Notes under the pieces: model-generated
Databases searched by the model: none
Told to the model about the DNA's origin: nothing
The model's input: the letters and a program-made list of their open reading frames with translations, nothing else
Source of the DNA: Deinococcota bacterium
GTDB lineage: Bacteria; Deinococcota; Deinococci; Deinococcales; Thermaceae
Reading direction: 5' to 3'
DNA length: 64,000 bases
Assembly (NCBI GenBank): GCA_041695225.1
Contig: JBGFRI010000011.1
Span: 68,653-132,652 of the forward strand
Made by a program: the position numbers and the translations under genes
Part shown: in pieces, positions 9,497 to 19,279 of the stretch
How the letters are laid out: every line of letters begins with the position of its first letter
Position numbering within the stretch: the first letter of the stretch is position 1

Positions 9497-10435
9497 ATGC
9501 GACTTGCCGGTAAAGCCAAGGCAGGGTTCTATCCCACGCCGCCCCGTATTACCACACTGATCAAGCATTACTTTTACAAAGCGCTTGGCTGCAAGGTTCT
9601 CGATCCCTGCGCCGGGGAAGGAGTGGCGGTAAAGGCCCTGGCCGATCACGTCAAAGGCTGGCCTCTTGCGATTGAACTATCCCGCGAGCGGGCGACAGCC
9701 TGTAAGAAGAACGGGGTCAGGACTTTTCACGGCGACAGTCTTTCCTACACTGGGAAAGGCTTTGGTCTGCTTTACCTGAATCCACCTTATGATGACGGGA
9801 ACGGGGAAAGACTGGAACGCACCTTTCTCAAGCACTGGACACCTGCATTACTAAGCAAGGGAGTGCTGGTTTTTATCATCCCCGAACGGGTGCTGGAGAA
9901 GGTGGAGGACTACCTCACTTCCTGGTACAGCCACCTGTTTGCCCTGCGTTTTCCTGAGCCGGAGTACCAGGCTTTTCGGCAGATCGTAGTCTTCGGGGTA
10001 AAGCGGGAAGAGCCTGTACCGCCTTCCAGTCTGAAAGTTACCCGCATTCTGGGAGACATTCACCACCGTTATTCGGTTCCGACTGAAGGCGCAGGACTGC
10101 TTTACACCCAGGGCCCCAGTGCTGAGGAGGCGCTGAGCCTGGCAGATAACAGCCCTCTGTGGGCGCTTTTTGAAAAAAAGGCAGTCGGGCAGTTTCAGCC
10201 CCTGCTCCCACTCAAGGATGCACACCTGGCCCTGTTGCTGGCCGGAGGGCTGTTGAACAACCAGGTAGTGGAGATCGAGAGCGAGCCTTTTCTACTTAGA
10301 GGCCAGGTAAAGAAGACTGTCCTGACGCTCCACGAACAGGACGAACGACGGGAAAAAACCATCGAACGGGAGCGGTTTACCGTCCAGGTAGTGGCGCTCG
10401 GACTCAGGAGTGGTCAGATACTCGAGATCAAGTGA
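9497..10435 (+). CDS. DUF6094-type adenine methyltransferase (plasmid/ICE orphan MTase)
   Basis: KAGFYPTP, VLDPCAGEG (motif I), LYLNPPY (motif IV). Confidence 0.85.
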   Translation: MRLAGKAKAGFYPTPPRITTLIKHYFYKALGCKVLDPCAGEGVAVKALADHVKGWPLAIELSRERATACKKNGVRTFHGDSLSYTGKGFGLLYLNPPYDDGNGERLERTFLKHWTPALLSKGVLVFIIPERVLEKVEDYLTSWYSHLFALRFPEPEYQAFRQIVVFGVKREEPVPPSSLKVTRILGDIHHRYSVPTEGAGLLYTQGPSAEEALSLADNSPLWALFEKKAVGQFQPLLPLKDAHLALLLAGGLLNNQVVEIESEPFLLRGQVKKTVLTLHEQDERREKTIERERFTVQVVALGLRSGQILEIK

Positions 10436-10496
10436 TCACAAACCAAAGGCCAGGGGGCAGCAAAGGCTGCCCCTTTTCTTTGCCTGGAGGCCCCAA

Positions 10497-11048
10497 GTGC
10501 TAACCATACACACCACCAAGCAGGGCTTGCAGGCCCTGGTACATAAAGCAGTCATCCACCAGAGGATGACGGTATTTCTCTCCTTAGTGGGCAACAGGGA
10601 GGAAGTACACGCACTCTGGGGGGCTATAGCTGGTCATGACGAACTACGGATTGGTGACCAGTCTGTACGCCGGCCCTGGCGGGATATTAAAGCTCGCTTC
10701 TCCACTCTGGCGCGAGGGGTTAGCCATGTTGTCATCTGGAGTCAGGACGAGGACTACTTCTTTGGCCCCAGGGAGCAGCTTGCGGACTGGCTGGCCCAGT
10801 CTTTAGGGCTGCCGGTAATGCCAGAATGGGTGCCTTTCATCGAGGAGATTCCCGAGATCAAGGAGACCAGCACCAAAGTCTGGACACATAATACCCACGG
10901 GCTGTACCTGCCCAGCTCGGCCCGGCAAGAAGTCCGGGCTTTCATTCAAGAGGCTCTTAAGGAAGGAAAGCTGCCGTTGCCAGATGGTCTGAGGCATCAT
11001 CCGGTTCCAGTAGCTGAGAAGGCTTTAGTGATTGAGGCAAGGGGATAA
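10497..11048 (+). CDS. hypothetical protein between MTase and helicase
   Basis: GGAGG RBS, GTG start. Confidence 0.65.
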   Translation: MLTIHTTKQGLQALVHKAVIHQRMTVFLSLVGNREEVHALWGAIAGHDELRIGDQSVRRPWRDIKARFSTLARGVSHVVIWSQDEDYFFGPREQLADWLAQSLGLPVMPEWVPFIEEIPEIKETSTKVWTHNTHGLYLPSSARQEVRAFIQEALKEGKLPLPDGLRHHPVPVAEKALVIEARG

Positions 11049-11051
11049 CTG

Positions 11052-13106
11052 ATGGAGCTGACCCTGACCCAGTTCATGGAACAGCACGGGGCCGTGCTTT
11101 TTGCCCAGGCTGAGACCCAGTTTCCCCCGGTGCTGCGGAGCGCAGAGATCCAGAGCAGGGGCCGGACGCCTCTAGGGGTGCAGGCCCTGGCCGCCTCGGC
11201 TATGCTCAGGGCTTTGCAGGATGGCCGGGCTGGTTTTCTGGTAGCCGAGATGTCTACCGGGAAGACCAAGATGGCGCTGGACACGGTGATGAATTTTGAT
11301 CCCAAGGGCCGGTATCTGGTTCTCTGTCCCCCGCACCTGGTAGAAAAGTGGAAACGGGAAGCTGAGATGGAGGGATTTGGCGCGGTTATTCTGGATTCCC
11401 CGGCCTCGGTCCGCTCTCTGCCCCACCTGGCAACGCCTCTGGTTGCTATTCTTAGCCGGGAAAAAGCCAAGCTCGGGCCAGGCTGGGAGCCTGGTCTAAT
11501 CTGGCGTAGAAAGTTTGTGAAAACAAAATACGGAACGGAGTATTTCCAGGTTCCTACCTGCCCGCGCTGTGGCCAGGTGGTCAAGGACAAAGAAGGTATG
11601 CCGCTGGAGAAGGATGCGGCAGCGCGAAAGAAACATAAGTGCCAGTGCGGAGAGCCCATCTGGAACCAGAAGGCCCCGGCCCGGGTCGCTTTAGCAGACT
11701 ACCTCAAGCGCTACTTACCCAAGGGATTTTTCAAGGCCCTGATCCTGGACGAGGCCCATGAGTACAAGGCTGGCGAGAGCGCCCAGGGGATTGTGGCCGG
11801 GGTGCTCGCAGACTGGACTGGCCGGGTACTGGCCCTGACCGGGACGCTGTTTGGGGGCTATGCCAGCAACCTGTTTCACCTTTTCTGGCGGTTTCTGCCG
11901 GGTTTCCGGGAGGAGTATGACCGGAATGAGGTCTCACGGTTTGTAGCCGAGTACGGGCTGCTCGAGCGGGTTGAGACCACCCCGCTTGATGAGGATGGGC
12001 GGGTTTCTCGGCGCAAGAGCAGTAGCGTTACTACCAAGGAGAGGCCCGGGCTCTCGCCTCTACTTTTGCCCAAACTGCTGCCGCATACTGCCTTTGTGCG
12101 GTTGCGTGAGGTGGTCGAGGCCCTGCCCCCTTACAGCGAGAAAGTACGGATCACCCAGCTTGAAGGAGAGCACCGGGACAGGGTAGTGAGGTTCTACCAC
12201 GAACTGAGCGAGGCAATGCGTGAAGCCCTGCGGAATGGCTCCAAGAAGCTGCTGGGAGCCTATCTACAAGGGGCGCTGAATGGGCCCGACGCCAGCTTTG
12301 CGGACCTGGAGGTCTTCGATCCCGAGTCAAAGCGGCTGGTAGCCTCCCTTTCGGCCATGCCGGCAGAGTACCAGCATCCCAAGGAGCACGAGCTTATCCG
12401 GCTGGTGCAGCAGGAACGTGCTAAAGGCCGGCGGGTACTGGTTTACGTGCAGAACACGGACAAGATCAACCAGGTAGCCAGGCTGGAAGGGCTCTTGAAG
12501 GCCGAGGGCATCCAGGCCAAAGGGCTGTACAGTACCACGGTCAATCCCAGCGAGCGGGAACGCTGGCTAGATAAGCAGCTTCAGGGCGGGGTCGAGGTAG
12601 TAATCGCCCACCCCCGGCTGGTGCAGACCGGCCTGGATCTAATTGGTTTTCCCACCCTGGTCTTTTACCAGACCGAATACTCGGTCTATACGTTACGGCA
12701 GGCCGCCAGACGAAGCTGGCGGATCGGGCAGAAGCATCCTGTACAGGTAGTCTTTCTGGCCTACGAGGAGACCCTCCAGACCCCGGCGTTAAAACTCATC
12801 GCCACCAAGACCAAAAGCTCCCTGGCTCTGGAAGGGGAGCTGGTGGAGGGTGGCCTTACCGCGATGAGCGAGGAAGACCCTACCCTGCTGCTGGCCGGGG
12901 CCCTGGCCGGGACGATCCGGCTGGACTGGGATGGCCAGGAAAGTTTAGGTGTTGAGGAAGGAGCGCCGGCGCTGGTTTCTGTTCCTGAAGTTGGAGTACG
13001 GGAAATTACACTCCTAGAGCTGCCTACCCTCAAGGAAGAGCGCTGGGTAAAGGTTGGGAAGAAGAAGGTGCTGGTTCCTGCCGGGCAACCAGTGTTGTTC
13101 AGTTGA
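11052..13106 (+). CDS. SNF2-like/DEAH helicase of plasmid/ICE type
   Basis: AEMSTGKT, LDEAH, LTGT, QTGLDL, RQAARRSWRIGQ; CxxC insert. Confidence 0.9.
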   Translation: MELTLTQFMEQHGAVLFAQAETQFPPVLRSAEIQSRGRTPLGVQALAASAMLRALQDGRAGFLVAEMSTGKTKMALDTVMNFDPKGRYLVLCPPHLVEKWKREAEMEGFGAVILDSPASVRSLPHLATPLVAILSREKAKLGPGWEPGLIWRRKFVKTKYGTEYFQVPTCPRCGQVVKDKEGMPLEKDAAARKKHKCQCGEPIWNQKAPARVALADYLKRYLPKGFFKALILDEAHEYKAGESAQGIVAGVLADWTGRVLALTGTLFGGYASNLFHLFWRFLPGFREEYDRNEVSRFVAEYGLLERVETTPLDEDGRVSRRKSSSVTTKERPGLSPLLLPKLLPHTAFVRLREVVEALPPYSEKVRITQLEGEHRDRVVRFYHELSEAMREALRNGSKKLLGAYLQGALNGPDASFADLEVFDPESKRLVASLSAMPAEYQHPKEHELIRLVQQERAKGRRVLVYVQNTDKINQVARLEGLLKAEGIQAKGLYSTTVNPSERERWLDKQLQGGVEVVIAHPRLVQTGLDLIGFPTLVFYQTEYSVYTLRQAARRSWRIGQKHPVQVVFLAYEETLQTPALKLIATKTKSSLALEGELVEGGLTAMSEEDPTLLLAGALAGTIRLDWDGQESLGVEEGAPALVSVPEVGVREITLLELPTLKEERWVKVGKKKVLVPAGQPVLFS

Positions 13107-13202
13107 CCGCAGGGTGGCTTTTGGCACCGTGGTACTGAGAGAGCGAGTTAATGAGACTCAAGACGTATACTGAGAAACAGGAAGAGCATCCAAGGAGGAT
13201 AA

Positions 13203-13433
13203 GTGCCCAGGAATGTTACTCTCGAGAAAATGGCTGAGGCAGCCTACATAATTGCGTTGCATCTGCGCGACGCAAATAAGGACGGCGTTCAGACCGGGCA
13301 AACTCCTGATAGTAGAGAAATGGCTGAATTAAGCAGACTGCTGACCAGAGCTTTGAAGCTCTCCAACAAACTAGCGGAAAATGTGCGGTCCAGGGAATAT
13401 AGCACGGAGAATCCACCCAAACTGCTCAATTGA
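13203..13433 (+). CDS. hypothetical protein, paralogue family B
   Basis: AAGGAGG RBS; similar to ORF at 17428. Confidence 0.7.
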   Translation: MPRNVTLEKMAEAAYIIALHLRDANKDGVQTGQTPDSREMAELSRLLTRALKLSNKLAENVRSREYSTENPPKLLN

Positions 13434-13497
13434 AGCAAGCAGGAGGAGGCCAGGGGGCAGCTCATGCTGCCCCCTGCCTACCTTTGAGGAGGACTAT

Positions 13498-13716
13498 ATG
13501 CGGCTAGAGTTCATTACTAACCTGTGGCGCTGGCTACAGGAAAAGTTTGGTGTAGGCGCTCCACAGGACATCCCAGATTTTGAGTTACATTACTGGAGAG
13601 ATTCATCAAGCAACGCTCCCCAGAATCACTCGGCGTGGGAAAGCCCGTGGGAAGACCCCGGCGAGGACAAGGAATGGTTTGATCTGGAAGGACCGGACCT
13701 GCCTAGTGAGTGGTAG
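13498..13716 (+). CDS. small acidic Trp-rich protein
   Basis: GAGGAGG RBS; lies between two hairpin repeats. Confidence 0.6.
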   Translation: MRLEFITNLWRWLQEKFGVGAPQDIPDFELHYWRDSSSNAPQNHSAWESPWEDPGEDKEWFDLEGPDLPSEW

Positions 13717-13782
13717 TTAGCCAAAAAGCAAGAGACCAGGGGGCGGCAAAAGCTGCCCCTTTCGTTTTGTAAAGGAGCTCTT

Positions 13783-13932
13783 ATGGAAGCAGCATACACA
13801 GAGTTTGGCAGACGGGTCTGGCTATGGCTGGTAGACAACTACGGCCCACGCGCTCCCGAACCACTAATGGAACAGATGGCAGATATTGCTGTTGAGGCCG
13901 GTTTACTTGAGATGAAGGACACGGAGGAGTAG
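13783..13932 (+). CDS. 49-aa protein (not in ORF track)
   Basis: AAGGAG RBS; MEAAYTEFGRRVWLWLVDNYGPRAPEPLMEQMADIAVEAGLLEMKDTEE. Confidence 0.55.
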   Translation: MEAAYTEFGRRVWLWLVDNYGPRAPEPLMEQMADIAVEAGLLEMKDTEE

Positions 13933-13934
13933 GT

Positions 13935-14321
13935 ATGGGAATCGAATACTTTACCCACATGCAAGGGTTTCTCTACCCTGAAAGAAAGCAGGCATTTATC
14001 GACCTAGTTACCGGACAGTTTCCTATGGCCGAACATGCCCACGAAAGCATCGTTACCGCTATTCCTGGTACGGAGTGGGGCCACGATGAGTATTTTGACG
14101 GCCAGCGGGTGCTGATAAACCGCACTCCCCTGATCAATATTGAACCTCTGGAGTACGCCAACTACCTGGCCAACTTTTTCCAGCAGGGCCTGCTGGTAAC
14201 CAAACACGAGCTGAACAACCAGGTAGAAGGATTCCTCATCAAAGAAGGGCTCGTGTATCTCCTTCGGACCGGCTTCCAGGGCCCGTATGGAGAATTTATC
14301 CCCTATCCAGAGGGGTGGTAG
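13935..14321 (+). CDS. hypothetical protein, paralogue family C
   Basis: GGAGGAG RBS; similar to ORF at 16915. Confidence 0.65.
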   Translation: MGIEYFTHMQGFLYPERKQAFIDLVTGQFPMAEHAHESIVTAIPGTEWGHDEYFDGQRVLINRTPLINIEPLEYANYLANFFQQGLLVTKHELNNQVEGFLIKEGLVYLLRTGFQGPYGEFIPYPEGW

Positions 14322-14323
14322 CT

Positions 14324-15400
14324 ATGACCCAGGTAAAAATTAGCAAAGGGGCCTTTGCTAAGGCGGTGGACAACATTACCCGGAATATCCCGGACTCCTA
14401 TCCCGAGGCCGGCCTGGTTGAGCTAAACCTCAACAGCAGCCTGCATCTACGGGCCGCTCATGACCGGCAGATCGAGTGCTCGCTGCCACTGGCTGAGCCG
14501 GTAGAGCCAGGCCAAGCGTATGTGTATGGGCCCAAGCTGATCGAGGTGGTCAAGCATCTACCGGCTGGGGATCTCACCCTCAGTCTGGCCGAGACTGCCC
14601 TGAAAATACAGACCGGGACATATACCGCCCAGATCACCCTGGCCCAGCCGGAGAAGTTTCCCGAATCGGCGTTCTGCGCTAAAGGAGCTGTGCAAGTACC
14701 CGCCCAGGACTTATGTGAAGCCCTCGATGCGGTCAAGTATGCGGTAGCTCGAGAAGAGCACCGCAGAGTTTTTCTAGGCATCCAGCTTGAGCTTGGCCCA
14801 GGTCTGAAGGCAGTAGCTACTGACGGTTTTCGGATTGCGATCTGCGAGATGCCTGTGCAAGTGCAGGCCGACCCGGTAAAGGTAGTGCTGCCAAAAGTTG
14901 CGGTGCAGGATATTATCCGGCTTTTCGAGGACAGCACGGAGACCCTTCAATTTGCGGTTAACAAAAACCAGGTATCGGTTTCTAGCAGCCAAGCCAGGCT
15001 CAGCTTTGTGGTCATGCAGGATACGTTTCCTGACTACCAGAGAGTAGTGCCCAAAGAATACGTCAGCACAATCACCCTGGATGCGGCCAGTTTGGAGGCT
15101 GCCCTGCGCCGGATTGAACTCGTTGCCAACAGCATCAACCATCGGGTAGACCTGTCTTTCCAGGACAGTGCCCTGTTGCTAGGAACTGAGGGCGACCTGG
15201 GCGCAGCTCGAGACAAACTTGAAGCCAGGATAGAAGGGGAGCCCACAAAACTCTCCTTCAACGCCCGGCTTTTGCGCGAGGCCCTGCCAAAGACTGGACA
15301 GGCCCAGCTGGCTCTGAGCGGGGATAAAACTCCCGCCAGGGTTGGATCGCCAGAGGATAACAGGGTATACGGGGTACTGGCACCGCTGTGGATTCAGTAA
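14324..15400 (+). CDS. dnaN: DNA polymerase III beta sliding clamp (element-encoded, divergent)
   Basis: ~358 aa; AVATDGFRIA, FPDYQRVVP, SFNARLL, LAP C-terminus. Confidence 0.9.
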   Translation: MTQVKISKGAFAKAVDNITRNIPDSYPEAGLVELNLNSSLHLRAAHDRQIECSLPLAEPVEPGQAYVYGPKLIEVVKHLPAGDLTLSLAETALKIQTGTYTAQITLAQPEKFPESAFCAKGAVQVPAQDLCEALDAVKYAVAREEHRRVFLGIQLELGPGLKAVATDGFRIAICEMPVQVQADPVKVVLPKVAVQDIIRLFEDSTETLQFAVNKNQVSVSSSQARLSFVVMQDTFPDYQRVVPKEYVSTITLDAASLEAALRRIELVANSINHRVDLSFQDSALLLGTEGDLGAARDKLEARIEGEPTKLSFNARLLREALPKTGQAQLALSGDKTPARVGSPEDNRVYGVLAPLWIQ

Positions 15401-15410
15401 GAGAGGCAGT

Positions 15411-16112
15411 ATGCCAAAAAAACGCTGGTATCGCCTGGAGGCCAGCGTTCTGCAAAACCTGCTGGCCAGGGTCTCGCTGAAGGATGGGCTACTAATCTGG
15501 CAGGCCCTGGGGGAAGACCCAAAGAACTTCCCGGCAGGCAGGCCGGAGAGTCGGAAAAGAGTATTACGACGACTGAGCAAACTGGCAGATGGGGCGGACA
15601 AAATGTCCGCCCCTATTGAACGAAACACCCGGACAAATTGTCCCCCCAGTTTGCGTAAAGGACGGAGAAAACCCCGGCAGGATCAGCGAATAGACCCGGA
15701 CAAATTGTCCGCCCCTATTGAACGAAAGAAGCGGACAAAATGTCCGGCCTACCCTGACCCAGCCGGAGCCCTGGCCCAGGAGCTGGGAGGCTGGCGGGCC
15801 GGCTTACTGTTCCGGGCGAGGAAGGAACAGAACACCCGGATTCAGGAGCTGGTTCACCGGCACAAGGAAACCCTGCTTGAGCTTTTGAACCTGGCCGAGG
15901 GCCTCCCTCTTCCGAGGCGGGTTCCCACCACCCTGGCCTGGCTGGAGGAGTTTGCCGGTGAGGTTGAACGGCTGGGGACCGAGGAGGTGCAGAAGGTGTT
16001 TTTCGAGGTGAGAAAGCGCGGGGTAGAAAACCCGCTGGCCTACGCGGCGAAGGTGCTGAAGGCTCGAGGAAAAGAGGAGAAAGTATGGACACCGACCGGA
16101 GAAGAGTTCTGA
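15411..16112 (+). CDS. putative replication initiator (DnaD/lambda O-like position) with internal iterons
   Basis: C-terminal NPLAYAAKVL; directly upstream of DnaC-like ATPase; four internal palindromes. Confidence 0.6.
   Translation: MPKKRWYRLEASVLQNLLARVSLKDGLLIWQALGEDPKNFPAGRPESRKRVLRRLSKLADGADKMSAPIERNTRTNCPPSLRKGRRKPRQDQRIDPDKLSAPIERKKRTKCPAYPDPAGALAQELGGWRAGLLFRARKEQNTRIQELVHRHKETLLELLNLAEGLPLPRRVPTTLAWLEEFAGEVERLGTEEVQKVFFEVRKRGVENPLAYAAKVLKARGKEEKVWTPTGEEF
15591..15745. repeat. four palindromic iterons GGACA-AAW-TGTCC (candidate origin)
   Basis: Cores at 15596, 15631, 15698 and 15733; two pairs, each 35 bp apart. Confidence 0.8.
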
Positions 16113-16852
16113 ATCTTGCAGCTCTGGTCGAATCCTTGAGAGCACAGGGAGGGCAGGAAGTGCTTACCAACCCCGACCTGCCGCCCTGCCCTCTCTGCGG
16201 GGCCCTGGCTTTTCAGGGCTATGGCTTCCGCAGCCCGAGCGAGATCGAGCACGACTGCAACTGCCAGTTTCAGCAGCCCCAGGACTACCTTCAGGGCATT
16301 CACCGGGCCTGGCGTGGCTACAATGCTCCGAAGCTACTCCTGGCTGATCTGGAGAATTACCCTCACTACCAGGAGTACCTGGGCCGGTCTCTGATCGTCC
16401 ACCAGGGCAACCTGGCGGCAATCAGCGCAGGTAAGAAGTATCGACAAGGGCTGCTTTACCTGTGGGGCCCGCCTGGAGTGGGCAAGACCCACCTGGCCCT
16501 GCGGCTGGCGGCTGAGCTTGTACGCAAGGGACGGTTTGTACGGTTCCGCAGCGAGCTCGATCTGCTGGCGGAGGAGCGGGAGGCCGCTACATCTGAAGAG
16601 ACAGTCCTGCCCTCCTATGAGCGGCTGGTGCTGGACGACTGGGGCAAAAGCCGGCTCACCCCCTTCACTACCGAGCGGCTTTACGCCCTGATAGAAGGAG
16701 CCAGCGCCGGAAGGTTTGATCTGATCATCACTTCCAACTACACCCCCGAGGCCTCCACTACCCGGCTGGGCGAGGTTGGGGAGGCGGTGGTATCCCGTAT
16801 CCGGGGCGGGCTGGTGGTGCAGATAGAAGGGCCAGATAGGCGCAGCACTTAA
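16085..16852 (+). CDS. DnaC/IstB-like AAA+ helicase loader
   Basis: CPLC...CNC, GPPGVGKTHLA Walker A, LVLDDWG, IITSN, VVSRI. Confidence 0.85.
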   Translation: MDTDRRRVLNLAALVESLRAQGGQEVLTNPDLPPCPLCGALAFQGYGFRSPSEIEHDCNCQFQQPQDYLQGIHRAWRGYNAPKLLLADLENYPHYQEYLGRSLIVHQGNLAAISAGKKYRQGLLYLWGPPGVGKTHLALRLAAELVRKGRFVRFRSELDLLAEEREAATSEETVLPSYERLVLDDWGKSRLTPFTTERLYALIEGASAGRFDLIITSNYTPEASTTRLGEVGEAVVSRIRGGLVVQIEGPDRRST

Positions 16853-16914
16853 TGCCAGGGGGCAGCACAGCCGCCCCACCTATTTTTGTGAAAGACACTT
16901 TGCGGAGGTCCCCG

Positions 16915-17331
16915 ATGGGAATAGATTACTGGTACGGTCTAAAAGAAGTTCGAGTCATACCCGAGAAACGGGAGCTGCTGGAAGCGATCATTGCCCCCGC
17001 CAAGCTGGATGTTCTGAGCATAGAGTATCTGATACAGACAATACCCGGGCTGCCATATGCTAAGGATGTGCTTCAGGAGCCAGTACAAGACCTGGTAATT
17101 CTCGATAATGGTTGCCTGGATCTTAGCCTGGACACCTATCCCTGGCGCAATCTCAACCCCCAGGCTATGGCGTCACTCCTGTCATATTTGTGCCAGCCAG
17201 GTGGGGTGTTGATCGTACACGCCGACGATGAGCGCTGGGGTTACCGCCTCGATGGAGCTGGTCGGACCACGCATCTGGAACCGGCCCTGGTAGAACCGAG
17301 TACGAAGGAATTTGTGGCATGGCTCCCGTAG
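16915..17331 (+). CDS. hypothetical protein, paralogue family C
   Basis: GGAGG RBS; MGIDYW N-terminus. Confidence 0.65.
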   Translation: MGIDYWYGLKEVRVIPEKRELLEAIIAPAKLDVLSIEYLIQTIPGLPYAKDVLQEPVQDLVILDNGCLDLSLDTYPWRNLNPQAMASLLSYLCQPGGVLIVHADDERWGYRLDGAGRTTHLEPALVEPSTKEFVAWLP

Positions 17332-17427
17332 TTTGCACTGGTAAAGAAATCCGCCAGGGGCGGCTTTATACCCTGGCCCGGTTCAAGCGCCTGCCCCGGC
17401 CCCCCATTTCAATGAAGAAGGTTGGCA

Positions 17428-17658
17428 ATGACCAGAGACTTACTACGCGAGTCTGACCAGGCCGCCGGGATGATCCGCCAGTATCTCAAAGAGGTCAAGG
17501 ATCGGCGTGATCGTTATCAACTCAGGCTGGATACCAGGGAACTGGCCGAGCTTTACAACGCCCTGGCCCGGGCCCTGAGTATCGCCAACCGGCTTTCGGG
17601 CAGGTGTGTTCAGCCTGAAGAGTACACTGCTCAGGCTTTGCAAAAACTCGTGGACTGA
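17428..17658 (+). CDS. hypothetical protein, paralogue family B
   Basis: DTRELAEL...ARAL...NRL. Confidence 0.65.
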   Translation: MTRDLLRESDQAAGMIRQYLKEVKDRRDRYQLRLDTRELAELYNALARALSIANRLSGRCVQPEEYTAQALQKLVD

Positions 17659-17672
17659 AAAGGAGGAAGTTT

Positions 17673-17978
17673 ATGCGCCGGATCAATGACCCGGTAGTCG
17701 TACATCAGTACCTGGTGCGACTCACCGATAATCTGAAATACCTAACTGTGGCTCAGGCCAGATTACTGCTGGCTTCGAGGGGGATCCGTTGCCAGCACAA
17801 AGCAGTAAAGGCAGCCCTGAAGCTGCCTGTAGCTGTAGCTACTATCGTACCCCAGCCACTTCCGAAACCTAAAAAAGTGAGGTTGAAGCCATTGGACGAT
17901 CTACCGCTCACACCCAAAGAACGGGAGATCATGGAGCGCCTACGGCGCACACGGGAGGAATCCGACTATGCTCAATAG
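17673..17978 (+). CDS. hypothetical basic protein
   Basis: AGGAGG RBS. Confidence 0.6.
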   Translation: MRRINDPVVVHQYLVRLTDNLKYLTVAQARLLLASRGIRCQHKAVKAALKLPVAVATIVPQPLPKPKKVRLKPLDDLPLTPKEREIMERLRRTREESDYAQ

Positions 17979-18135
17979 CCCCAGCACCCCCCACAATCTG
18001 TGGGAAGAACCGGTTGAAAAGGTTGAGCTGGCCCGGCACTGGATTGACCGGGCGCTGGAGCACTACGAGAAAAACGACTGGCAACACTTCCTGATGGCTG
18101 TAAATCTAGTCAAGGAGTGTTTGCAGGATTTCTAG
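17968..18135 (+). CDS. 55-aa protein (not in ORF track)
   Basis: GGAGG RBS, fills the gap in the operon. Confidence 0.5.
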   Translation: MLNSPSTPHNLWEEPVEKVELARHWIDRALEHYEKNDWQHFLMAVNLVKECLQDF

Positions 18136-18150
18136 GGATGGAGGTTCTCA

Positions 18151-18450
18151 ATGGAATGGTGGAAACAGGGAAAATGGTCATCCAAATACTTTGGTGATTT
18201 CACCGTTTCCCTTAGCCTGTTACATCCCCGCTTGCTAGTTGTAACTATCTACCGCAGCTACACGCTGGAGATAACTGCAAACGTAGACCTCAACAACATG
18301 GAGTCGCTGATCACCGTTTTGCAGATTTTACGAGCATTAGGCTGCGACGATGCCACTCCCTGGATTACTGATGTTGCGCTAGAGAATGGGCTGGTAGTTA
18401 CCACTCAGGAGGAACCATGCAATTCATCACACGACAGGCTTTTGCAGTAG
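18151..18450 (+). CDS. hypothetical protein
   Basis: GGAGG RBS. Confidence 0.6.
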   Translation: MEWWKQGKWSSKYFGDFTVSLSLLHPRLLVVTIYRSYTLEITANVDLNNMESLITVLQILRALGCDDATPWITDVALENGLVVTTQEEPCNSSHDRLLQ

Positions 18451-18977
18451 CTTACCGACTAGCCCAATTCTACGACCACGAGTGGGCCAGGCGGCCCCTT
18501 GAGATTCCTGACTGGGCTACAGGCCCACAGGATCTTCGAGCCCATATCCGGGTCGAGACCGTGAAGGCACGAGGTAACAACCTACCGGGCATTGCAGAAC
18601 CCGACCTGAAATACGATGTCAGTGTTGCCTCATGGGAAATATGGCATATCGTTGGTACAGAGCGCACCGAGTATTCTATTCTCTGGCACGAACGTGGGTA
18701 CGAACCACTTTCACTAGCCATATTCGTGACCTGGCCAGATGGACGGGCACATATTCACTACACCCACAAGATTGGAACACTCGATGTAGAAGGCAGCTAC
18801 GGCGGTGCCCTCGAGGCTCGCCACTGGCGGGCGCTGGTTGAGCCAGTAACCTGGCTGGACGGAAATACCAACCAGCTCGAGATCGCTTTCCCAGACCGGC
18901 CCTGGGAGGCTTTTATCCAGCCTTCCAAAGACCCGGAGCGGTGGTGGGAGTATGTTGAAAAGGAGGGTGCGGGGTGA
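18417..18977 (+). CDS. hypothetical protein
   Basis: AGGAGG RBS. Confidence 0.65.
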   Translation: MQFITRQAFAVAYRLAQFYDHEWARRPLEIPDWATGPQDLRAHIRVETVKARGNNLPGIAEPDLKYDVSVASWEIWHIVGTERTEYSILWHERGYEPLSLAIFVTWPDGRAHIHYTHKIGTLDVEGSYGGALEARHWRALVEPVTWLDGNTNQLEIAFPDRPWEAFIQPSKDPERWWEYVEKEGAG

Positions 18978-19279
18978 AAGTCGAACTTGAGCGTACACTT
19001 GCAGCACTGCGGGCCTTGCCAGGGGCCCGTATTATCACACACGAAGACGCTGGCACTCACATTGTGGCTGTGTTGGATTACAGGCTCGAAGATCTGTTAT
19101 GTCGCTCCGATGGCACTTTCCGAGTTACAGTCCACTCGGGCCTACCAGGACGCTACGACGCCTGGGAAATCGACGACCAGGCCATTTATTACGATGGAAC
19201 CGAAGAAGGCACTCGCTATCCCCCATCATGGCTGTTTTTTGATCTACTGAGTCCGGTAATCGGGGAGAAGAAGCCATGA
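18974..19279 (+). CDS. hypothetical protein, paralogue family A
   Basis: GTGA overlap; LERTLAALRALPG...PPSWL. Confidence 0.65.
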   Translation: MKVELERTLAALRALPGARIITHEDAGTHIVAVLDYRLEDLLCRSDGTFRVTVHSGLPGRYDAWEIDDQAIYYDGTEEGTRYPPSWLFFDLLSPVIGEKKP

